Origin: a virus
IMG/VR virus record: IMGVR_UViG_3300032331_001766
Coordinates: 49,081-113,080 of that record
Strand: one strand, 5' to 3'
DNA length: 64,000 bases
Positions within the stretch are counted from its first letter, which is position 1. Every line of letters begins with the position of its first letter. Made by a program: the position numbers and the translations under genes. The notes below the pieces were generated by a model that made no database searches, had not been told where the DNA came from, and saw only the letters and a program-made list of their open reading frames with translations. Shown here in pieces: positions 40,100 through 47,821 of this stretch.

Positions 40100-40439
40100 T
40101 AATGAATTAGTTACAGATTATGGTTTAGATGCTCTAGCAGCATTATTGCATGAGACTGCAATTGAAAAAGGTTTCTGGGAAGGTGAATATTCCTATGATA
40201 AGCTAGGAAATAAACTTGCCTTAGTGCATTCAGAAGTTACTGAAGTTCTAGAAGCAATTCGCAAAAACAAAGGCTCAGAAGAAGTTGTAGAGGAAATGGC
40301 CGATGTAATTATTAGGCTGTTAGATATTTATGCAGCAATGATGAATGAAGGGTCTGTAACACACAGCCTAGATGAAATTTTAGAAAAGAAAATTAATATA
40401 AATAGTAATAGGCCAAGGCTTCACGGCAATTTATTTTAA
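40092..40439 (+). CDS. MazG-like nucleotide pyrophosphohydrolase
   Basis: LALVHSEVTEVLEAIRK...EEMADVIIRLLD...KININSNR. Confidence 0.85.
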   Translation: MNNNELVTDYGLDALAALLHETAIEKGFWEGEYSYDKLGNKLALVHSEVTEVLEAIRKNKGSEEVVEEMADVIIRLLDIYAAMMNEGSVTHSLDEILEKKININSNRPRLHGNLF

Positions 40440-40469
40440 TGCTATACTATAACAAAAGAGAGAGATTAC

Positions 40470-41474
40470 ATGACAATTGCAATAGATGATATATTAGCAA
40501 AGCTAGATCCAAAAACTAGAAATAGAGTGACCGCTGCACAAGATGTTGTTGTTCAAAAACAATTGACACCAAGTATTGGTTTAAACATGGCACTCAAAGG
40601 CGGCCTTGGTTACGGCAGACAAGCTTTAATTTGGGGCAATAAGTCTGCAGGAAAATCCTCATTTTGTTTACAGATGATTGCATTAGCTCAGCAAGAAGGA
40701 AAGACATGTGCTTGGATAGACGCAGAAGACTCGTATGATCCAGAATGGGCAGAGCATTTAGGAGTTGATTCATCTTCCCTTATCCACTCTAAAGCTAAAA
40801 CAGTTAATGATATGGTTGACGTTGCTACAAAACTAATGGATGCTGGTGTGGATGTAATTGTTGTTGATTCAATATCAGCACTACTACCAGCAATTTACTT
40901 TGAAAAAGATGGAAACGAATTAAAAGATCTGCAAGATACAAAGCAGATTGGCGCAGAAGCAAAGGATATGACTCACGCAGTCAAGATGTTAAATTATGCA
41001 AACAAAAATACATTACTCATTCTTATATCGCAGCAAAGAAATCAATTTGGATCTATGCATGCAAGCCACATCCCAACAGGAGGAATGGCTGTTAAGTTCT
41101 TCTCCTCTACCGTCATCAAGCTCTGGTCTTCAGAAGCTGAGGCTAATGCTATTAAGGCTGGTGTTAAAGTTGGCGACAAGATTATTGAGCAAAGAGTTGG
41201 AAGACCCGTCAACTGGATTATTGATTACAACAAACTCGGTCCCCCTAACCTCTCTGGCCAATACGACTTCTACTACCAAGGAGAATCTCTTGGTGTCGAC
41301 AGAGTTGGAGAGACACTAGACGTTGCAGAAATGTGCGGAATAGTTGAAAAGGGTGGAGCATGGTATACAGTAAATGGAGAGCGTTTTCAAGGTCGTGCAA
41401 AAGCTGTTGCATATCTAAGAGATAACCCAAAGGTTGTTGGAACTTTAATAGGTGAAATTCATGCCAGATCTTAA
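40470..41474 (+). CDS. recA: RecA-like recombinase
   Basis: GNKSAGKS, WIDAE, IVVDS, TGGMAVKFFSS and GIVEKGGAWY. Confidence 0.93.
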   Translation: MTIAIDDILAKLDPKTRNRVTAAQDVVVQKQLTPSIGLNMALKGGLGYGRQALIWGNKSAGKSSFCLQMIALAQQEGKTCAWIDAEDSYDPEWAEHLGVDSSSLIHSKAKTVNDMVDVATKLMDAGVDVIVVDSISALLPAIYFEKDGNELKDLQDTKQIGAEAKDMTHAVKMLNYANKNTLLILISQQRNQFGSMHASHIPTGGMAVKFFSSTVIKLWSSEAEANAIKAGVKVGDKIIEQRVGRPVNWIIDYNKLGPPNLSGQYDFYYQGESLGVDRVGETLDVAEMCGIVEKGGAWYTVNGERFQGRAKAVAYLRDNPKVVGTLIGEIHARS

Positions 41475-41649
41475 TGAGTTTTTGAATCCTAAAATAAAAT
41501 CCAAAGACTATAATCTTGAGAAGATAGAAGGACTACGTGCATGCAATAAATGTGATGAAGATGTTTCTGGAGCTTTCTGGGACCCAATTGAATTAGTTAT
41601 GTCATGGAAATGTTCTAAGGGACACGAAACTATTTTTAAGGTGCAATAA
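41461..41649 (+). CDS. Small zinc-binding protein
   Basis: CNKC...CSKGH. Confidence 0.6.
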   Translation: MPDLNEFLNPKIKSKDYNLEKIEGLRACNKCDEDVSGAFWDPIELVMSWKCSKGHETIFKVQ

Positions 41650-41954
41650 TGTCAGAGAGATCAGAAGTAGAAAGAGATGGAGCTAAGGCTCAAAAGAATT
41701 CTGGCAGAGGTGATTATCAAAAAGGTGATGCTAAATGGAATCAATTCTTAGTAGATTACAAAGAGGCATCAAAATCTTTTACTTTAAATAAAGATGTTTG
41801 GGCAAAAATATGTACTGATACATTTAAAGTCAGCAGAGACATGCACCCAGCATTAAAAATTATTATAGGAAACGAATCAAAAGTCAGGCTTGGTATAATT
41901 GAATGGGCAGTTTTAGAAGAATTGATAAAGTTTTGGGAGGCAGAACATGAATGA
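41649..41954 (+). CDS. PD-(D/E)xK nuclease, Holliday junction resolvase-like
   Basis: E...NSGRG..KGD...VDYKE...SFTL pattern. Confidence 0.65.
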   Translation: MSERSEVERDGAKAQKNSGRGDYQKGDAKWNQFLVDYKEASKSFTLNKDVWAKICTDTFKVSRDMHPALKIIIGNESKVRLGIIEWAVLEELIKFWEAEHE

Positions 41955-42831
41955 TTTAAATAAAACAGTTATCTATCCTAAAGTAGTTGTATATCATAAT
42001 CTAATAAATGACCCTAAAAAAATTGCTGACATGCTAGAAGCAAATAGAGGTCTAAAAGAAAGCAACCACCATCTAATTCCTTGGAGAGACTGGAGTCCAA
42101 TGGGTGAAATTATGAATGTTGATCTTCCAGATAAACTAAATGAAACAGAAGACCAGGAAAAAATAAATCAAGAAGAGCGTTTAAATGATATAAACAATGC
42201 ATTTATTGCTGCATCAAATGATTTTTTTGATATGTATTCAAAGGAAGATGGTTGGCCAGAATTTGTTAAACATTTTGATAGATCAGTTGAGCCATGGAAC
42301 AGAAGTGGAATGTCTTTTTTAAGATATGATCCAACAAGATATAATTATGATGTAAAAAATAATAAGCCAGGATTAGCAATGGATTACCATACAGACCATG
42401 CAGAATTTAATGAAAGATATCCAGGCAAAAAGTTTGTTGTAACTGTTACAATGTATCTTAATGATGAATATGAGGGTGGAGAAATTTCATTCTTAGATGA
42501 ATCTAGTGGTTCTATTACAAATTATAGACCAAAAGCTGGGGATGTGACTGTTTTCCCTTCTGGATATCCATATTTTCATGGTGTGCTTCCAATATTAAAT
42601 GGAGACAGATATCTACTCAGAATGTTTTGGTCTTGGTATCATGAGGGAAGCCCAGAGTGGCATGAGGGATACAATAAGTACGGCGAAGAAGAGTGGACAA
42701 AGATGGAGAATGAAAGAAAAGAAATTGAGTTTAACTCTGGTAAATATCATCGTGTTGTAATTTATCCAGGAGAAGAATTTGATCCATCTACACAAAGGTC
42801 TACGCCATTTTATGTAAAGGAAATAAGATAA
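41947..42831 (+). CDS. 2OG-Fe(II) oxygenase, prolyl-4-hydroxylase-like
   Basis: YHTD, MYLNDEYEGGEISF, RPKAGDVTVFPS, YFHGV and GDRY; complete HxD..H..R set. Confidence 0.9.
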   Translation: MNDLNKTVIYPKVVVYHNLINDPKKIADMLEANRGLKESNHHLIPWRDWSPMGEIMNVDLPDKLNETEDQEKINQEERLNDINNAFIAASNDFFDMYSKEDGWPEFVKHFDRSVEPWNRSGMSFLRYDPTRYNYDVKNNKPGLAMDYHTDHAEFNERYPGKKFVVTVTMYLNDEYEGGEISFLDESSGSITNYRPKAGDVTVFPSGYPYFHGVLPILNGDRYLLRMFWSWYHEGSPEWHEGYNKYGEEEWTKMENERKEIEFNSGKYHRVVIYPGEEFDPSTQRSTPFYVKEIR

Positions 42832-42935
42832 TGGATTTGTTTTTATTAGGATTTTTAAGTGGATTAGTTTTTGGTTATGGCATGGGGCTATTAATTGATA
42901 GATGGGATAAGAAGATTAAAAATGACGGAAGATAA
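42831..42935 (+). CDS. Small single-TM membrane protein (34 aa, not in ORF track)
   Basis: MDLFLLGFLSGLVFGYGMGLLIDRWDKKIKNDGR; coupled start. Confidence 0.55.
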   Translation: MDLFLLGFLSGLVFGYGMGLLIDRWDKKIKNDGR

Positions 42936-43260
42936 AAATACACTAGAGTTAATCAGTAATATTACTGAGTTTAATGATCTTCATGAGTTTATGCAGGATG
43001 AGCATTTAGATAAAGCCCTGGCAGTTGTGGTAAAATTATTAATGAACCCAGATGTACCATCAGCAAAGGCCCCAATGCTTATCATGGAGCTTCAGGCAAT
43101 GTCCACTAAGTTTGCAGTACTTGCTTCTGTATACTCTACAATTGCAAAAGACAAAGCTGGCACGGCTAACAATAACAAGAAGAACATTTATTATTCAGTA
43201 AAGGAGTCCATAGACAAACTTGTAGATGCACTTAAATATGTCGTTAGGTATAATTCATAA
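42922..43260 (+). CDS. Hypothetical helical protein
   Basis: Start at MTEDK; coupled to the Cas4-like gene. Confidence 0.65.
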   Translation: MTEDKNTLELISNITEFNDLHEFMQDEHLDKALAVVVKLLMNPDVPSAKAPMLIMELQAMSTKFAVLASVYSTIAKDKAGTANNNKKNIYYSVKESIDKLVDALKYVVRYNS

Positions 43261-44051
43261 TGGGTAGAGATATAGTAAAGAATCTTAAGTTTAAAAAGCA
43301 CACTGGAAAGTTTTTTGACCCAGAACGCTTTGCACAATTACTAGATGATTCTTATAAGAATACAAAACGTGCTGATGGGTCTATGACAAAAAAATCATTT
43401 AGCCCAAGCTCACTTGGCTACGGTCATGGAAAGTGTCCAAGATATTGGTACATGGCTTTTTCTGGTGCAGTTTTTATTGATGATAACGATGCTGTAGCAG
43501 TTGCTAATATGGCTCAAGGAACACAAGCACACGAAAGACTTCAAAAACTTATATCTACAATGCCTGAGTGGAGAGCGGAAGAAGAAGAAATTGTTAATGA
43601 GTATCCGCCAATTCGTGGGTTCATAGATTTAATAATGGAGTATGATGGCGAAACTGTAATTGGTGAAATCAAAACAGCAAAGCAAGAAGTTTGGGATACA
43701 AGACAGTCAGAAATGAAGTCTTCAGCAAACCATATGCTTCAACTGCTTACCTATATGAAATTAAAGAATGCCAAAGAAGGTTTTTTCTTATATGAAAATA
43801 AAAATACCCAAGAGATCCTAATCATTCCTATTTCAATGAATGATAAAAACAAAAAGATTATTGAGGATGCTTTTCTTTGGATGCAAGAAGTTTATGATAA
43901 CTTTAAAGAAGGCGATCTTCCAATGCGTCCAGCAGGTTCATCAAAGTCTAAGATGCCATGCACATATTGTCCAATTAAAAAAGAATGTTATAGTAAAGAT
44001 ACTCCAGTGGGAACGGTTCAAATAGAGCTGTATGAGACACCAACAATATGA
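43260..44051 (+). CDS. Cas4-like/RecB-family exonuclease
   Basis: SPSSL..CPR, GTQAH, GFID, EIKT, QLLTY and CTYC...C. Confidence 0.85.
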   Translation: MGRDIVKNLKFKKHTGKFFDPERFAQLLDDSYKNTKRADGSMTKKSFSPSSLGYGHGKCPRYWYMAFSGAVFIDDNDAVAVANMAQGTQAHERLQKLISTMPEWRAEEEEIVNEYPPIRGFIDLIMEYDGETVIGEIKTAKQEVWDTRQSEMKSSANHMLQLLTYMKLKNAKEGFFLYENKNTQEILIIPISMNDKNKKIIEDAFLWMQEVYDNFKEGDLPMRPAGSSKSKMPCTYCPIKKECYSKDTPVGTVQIELYETPTI

Positions 44052-44326
44052 TTTGTTATAACAAAGAATGTGCTAAAGATTTTGAGTCAAAGACTCACAA
44101 TCAAAAATATTGTTCTGATGAATGCTGTAGAATTGCAACCAATCGCAGGATTATGGAAAAGTATTATGAAAAGAAAGCAATTAGAAACGGATCTATTCGT
44201 GGCTGTAGAAAATGTAATCTTAAGCTAAGCAGATACAATCAGGGAACTTTATGCTCATCATGTGAAAAGAAGAGCACGGCTTCAGAAAGAAATAAGTTGC
44301 TTGGAATGATAGATGAAATTAGCTGA
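44048..44326 (+). CDS. Cys-rich zinc-binding protein
   Basis: C..C..QKYCSDECC and CRKC..CSSC. Confidence 0.65.
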   Translation: MICYNKECAKDFESKTHNQKYCSDECCRIATNRRIMEKYYEKKAIRNGSIRGCRKCNLKLSRYNQGTLCSSCEKKSTASERNKLLGMIDEIS

Positions 44327-44879
44327 GCTTATAAAGACCAAGGCTCACAGGGTTCTTGGCATAGATGCATCAACTAATTCAATCGCATTCTGTCTAATGG
44401 AAAATGATGTCCCTTTAAAATGGGGCAAGGTAGAACTTTCTGGATCAGACATATATGAAAAAATACATGATGCTAAAATAAAAATGCATGCGATGCTAGA
44501 AGAACTTAAGTCTGATTACATTGTAGTTGAGGGCGCAGTTCTTGTCAGATCACCTGACGCTGTAATAAAATTGTCTTATGTCTACGGAGTTGTTATTGCT
44601 GAGCTTATGTCTACTGGTGCTAAGGTTATTACTATTAGTCCTACCGCTTGGCAGGCATATATTGGCAACAAAAATCCGACAAAAGATGAGAAGTCTGCAA
44701 TAAGATTAAAAAATCCAGGTTACGCTGACTCATGGTATAAAAATCAATTACGAAATATGAGAAAACAAAGAACTGCAGACTACTTTAATAACAAATACAA
44801 TATAATTTTAACAGACTATGACGTAGCAGATTCATTTGGAATTGCTCATTACGCCAATAAGGTTTTGACAGAGCGATGA
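44313..44879 (+). CDS. RuvC-like Holliday junction resolvase
   Basis: VLGIDAS, VVE, PTAWQ and DVADSFGIA. Confidence 0.85.
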   Translation: MKLAELIKTKAHRVLGIDASTNSIAFCLMENDVPLKWGKVELSGSDIYEKIHDAKIKMHAMLEELKSDYIVVEGAVLVRSPDAVIKLSYVYGVVIAELMSTGAKVITISPTAWQAYIGNKNPTKDEKSAIRLKNPGYADSWYKNQLRNMRKQRTADYFNNKYNIILTDYDVADSFGIAHYANKVLTER

Positions 44880-45022
44880 AATTATATCAAAGCAAGGATT
44901 GGCTGTCTCGTAGATATGTTATACAAAAAAAGACTGTAACAGAAATAGGTAAAGAGTGTGGTGTATCTGCTATGACAATACAAAGATACTTAGAGCAGTT
45001 TGGGCTAATTAAGAAAAGATGA
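44876..45022 (+). CDS. Small HTH DNA-binding protein (48 aa, not in ORF track)
   Basis: YQSKDWLSRRYVIQKKTVTEIGKECGVSAMTIQRYLEQFGL; ATGA overlaps at both ends. Confidence 0.75.
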   Translation: MKLYQSKDWLSRRYVIQKKTVTEIGKECGVSAMTIQRYLEQFGLIKKR

Positions 45023-45714
45023 AGTTCTCACATAAGGTTTTTCATATTGAAGGTAATGAAGAAAGATATTCTAAGGTAAAGTCTATAAATGACTACCTAC
45101 ATTCATACTCAAAGCTTTTAATAACTCCAACAATTAAAATATCTTCTATTGAAGAATATACTGAGTTTTTAAAAAATAACCCAAGCTTTGTGCCAGATCC
45201 ATATGGATATAGTCTTCATGGTGAACAGGGCTGGAGGTATGGAGAGATAGGAATTTGGGCAAGCAATTGGACTGCATGGCATAACTTCCTTGAGTCAGAC
45301 TCAGACTACTTAATTCTTATGGAAGACGACATTGTATATTCAGATGGATTTATGGATATGATTATTAATTATATGAAACAGCTTCCAGAAAATTGGGATG
45401 CCTTTCATGCTTTTTCTCCAGCAGATCAGTTTGGTAAATACAATCATTCTCATGATATTGATGCAGATGATGTATGTAGGTGCTATCAGGACTGGTCTTG
45501 CTTATGTTATATTATAACAAAGGAGGGTGCTCAAAAGCTTATTGATAACTCTAATAGATTTAATCTTCCATTAGACTGGTATATGTTTAGGCAACAGCAT
45601 ATATTTAACACTTACACAATTAAACCATCATCAGAATTTCCATGTACATTGTTGCCAACTGAATCAACATTTCAAGCTAAACAGAAAAGAGAAATAATAA
45701 ATGGGATACTCTAA
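45019..45714 (+). CDS. Glycosyltransferase family 25-like
   Basis: GEIGIWASN..AW, LILMEDD, CYIITKEGAQKLI and PLDWY. Confidence 0.82.
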   Translation: MKFSHKVFHIEGNEERYSKVKSINDYLHSYSKLLITPTIKISSIEEYTEFLKNNPSFVPDPYGYSLHGEQGWRYGEIGIWASNWTAWHNFLESDSDYLILMEDDIVYSDGFMDMIINYMKQLPENWDAFHAFSPADQFGKYNHSHDIDADDVCRCYQDWSCLCYIITKEGAQKLIDNSNRFNLPLDWYMFRQQHIFNTYTIKPSSEFPCTLLPTESTFQAKQKREIINGIL

Positions 45715-46225
45715 TCCAGAAAACAAGCCATGGGCACAGCAAAAAATAATTGAGTTAAAGCCAACAACCGTGCTCGATGTAGGAGCTGGCCAAGGAACCT
45801 ATTTAAACTTAATCAGAGATGGTTTGGGTGCGGGAGTAATAGTTAATGCAGTAGAAGTATGGCAGCCATATATAGATGAGTTTAATCTTTTAAATAGATA
45901 CGACAAGCTGTTTCCAATTGATGTCAGAGAGATGACTAATTTCGAGTATGATCTTGTAATACTTGGAGATGTGCTTGAGCATATGTCAGAATCAGATGCA
46001 TTAATTTTATGGGAAAAAATCTCAAAGCAGGCCAAGTACGCAATGATATCTATTCCTATTGTTCATTACCACCAAGATGCAATTAATGGTAATCCTTATG
46101 AGGTCCATGTAGAAGAAGACTGGACAGTTGAAAGAGTCTTAGAAAAATTTAGCCATATTATTGAGCATAAGAAGTTTGAGGTGACTGGTACATTTATTGC
46201 GGAGTTTAATAATGACAATTCCTAA
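45701..46225 (+). CDS. Class I SAM-dependent methyltransferase
   Basis: VLDVGAGQG, AVE and YDLVILGDVLEHM. Confidence 0.88.
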   Translation: MGYSNPENKPWAQQKIIELKPTTVLDVGAGQGTYLNLIRDGLGAGVIVNAVEVWQPYIDEFNLLNRYDKLFPIDVREMTNFEYDLVILGDVLEHMSESDALILWEKISKQAKYAMISIPIVHYHQDAINGNPYEVHVEEDWTVERVLEKFSHIIEHKKFEVTGTFIAEFNNDNS

Positions 46226-46931
46226 AATAATTTGGCAGACATATAAAGACCCAGTAGATACGTTGGCACCATACATGAATGATGCAATGCAAACCTGGAA
46301 AGATTTAAATCCAGAATATGAGCATAGATATATGGATGATAGCCAAGCTGGGCAATTTGTTTTAGAAGAGTACGGTCAAAAATGGTATGATATTTTTATA
46401 AGTTTACCAGTTGGAGTAATGCGTGGAGATCTATGGCGTTATATGATTATATATAAATATGGTGGAGTGTACGCAGATTTAGACACTGAGTGTTTACTCC
46501 CGATATCTTCTTGGATTCTTGAAGATAAAGAGTTCATTGTTTGCCCAGAAACTTCTGAACATTTTTGTCAGTGGACATTTGCATCTACACCTGGAAATGT
46601 AATTTTAAAATCAGTATTAGATTTAATTAAAGATAGATTATTAAATCCAGAGTATGGATCCCCGCATTTTGTGCATACTCATACTGGCCCAGCTATATGG
46701 ACTGATGGAATTAATAAAGCTTTGGGATTAAATGTAGATAATTTAATTAGTGACTACCTATTGTTAAATTCTTCTGATAATGCTAAACTGTATAAATTCC
46801 ATTGCTATGGCGGAGAAGAATGGCGTATATTTCATTTTGAATCAGTAAAGCATATTTATGGTAGCCAAAAATGGAATGATGGAAATTACGTACAATGGAT
46901 TGAAGACCCAATAGTGAAAGGTACTAGATAA
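46212..46931 (+). CDS. Glycosyltransferase, DXD sugar-binding family (GT32/OCH1-like)
   Basis: IPKIIWQT, DLWRY...YGGVYADLD and TGPAIWT. Confidence 0.9.
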   Translation: MTIPKIIWQTYKDPVDTLAPYMNDAMQTWKDLNPEYEHRYMDDSQAGQFVLEEYGQKWYDIFISLPVGVMRGDLWRYMIIYKYGGVYADLDTECLLPISSWILEDKEFIVCPETSEHFCQWTFASTPGNVILKSVLDLIKDRLLNPEYGSPHFVHTHTGPAIWTDGINKALGLNVDNLISDYLLLNSSDNAKLYKFHCYGGEEWRIFHFESVKHIYGSQKWNDGNYVQWIEDPIVKGTR

Positions 46932-47272
46932 TGGCGGGATACCCAGAAAAAGAAAACGGTTATCAGATGTGGGTAACTGATTTGCAATTAATTTCAACAG
47001 ACGCACCATCTGGAGACAGAATAATTAGAGAGTGTCTTGAAATTGCAGAGATGTTAATTAAAAAGAATATATCGTATGGCGACTCAGCTTTGAGTCCAAT
47101 TCGTATATTTTCTCAGGCAGATAATCAAGAGCAGATTAAAATACGTATTGATGACAAGATCAACCGAATTAAAAACGGATCAGGCTTTGCAGGAGACAAT
47201 GATATCGAAGACATGATTGGATACCTAATCCTGCTTAAAATAGCCAAGAAACTTGCTATTTCAGTCGACTAG
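46931..47272 (+). CDS. DUF1599-like (nucleotide modification-associated) protein
   Basis: KKNISYGDS...IRIDDKINRI...DMIGY motif. Confidence 0.7.
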   Translation: MAGYPEKENGYQMWVTDLQLISTDAPSGDRIIRECLEIAEMLIKKNISYGDSALSPIRIFSQADNQEQIKIRIDDKINRIKNGSGFAGDNDIEDMIGYLILLKIAKKLAISVD

Positions 47273-47287
47273 AAGTATAATAAATCT

Positions 47288-47821
47288 ATGTCTGAAATAG
47301 AGCCAGCAGTACACTTTGATAGAATGAACAAGGTAGTTGAAGAACTACTGAAGGGTAACTCTGCTAGCCAAATAGCAACGCTTACTGGGTTTTCCCGCAA
47401 AGAAGTACTTGAGTTCATTGATGAGTGGAAGTCTGTAGTACACAATGATACAAGCCTTAGAGACCGTGCTAAAGAAGCAATATCTGGGGCTGATCAACAT
47501 TACGCTATGATGATTAAAGAAGCCTGGAAAACCGTAGAAGATGCTGACACACAAGGCCAGCTTAATGTTAAAGCTGGAGCATTAAAGTTAATTGCTGATA
47601 TTGAAACAAAAAGAATTGGTATGCTTCAGTCGGTAGGCGTAATTGAAAATAATGAGCTTGCATCGCAGGTTGCTGAGGCTGAAAGAAAACAAGAGATTTT
47701 AGTAAAGATACTTAAAGAGGTAACTTCTTCATGCCCTAAATGTAAGATGGATGTAGCCAAAAGATTATCACAGGTTACTGGAGTAGTAGAGCCTATATTT
47801 ATAGATTCGGAAGTTTCATGA
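47288..47821 (+). CDS. HTH protein, probable terminase small subunit
   Basis: N-terminal HTH (LKGNSASQIATLTGFSRKEV), helical body and CPKC; upstream of TerL. Confidence 0.55.
   Translation: MSEIEPAVHFDRMNKVVEELLKGNSASQIATLTGFSRKEVLEFIDEWKSVVHNDTSLRDRAKEAISGADQHYAMMIKEAWKTVEDADTQGQLNVKAGALKLIADIETKRIGMLQSVGVIENNELASQVAEAERKQEILVKILKEVTSSCPKCKMDVAKRLSQVTGVVEPIFIDSEVS

Noticed and set aside
43260-44051. Cas4-like gene as evidence of a CRISPR-Cas system
   Set aside because: No repeat-spacer array or other cas genes are visible; solo Cas4-like nucleases are common in phage recombination modules.
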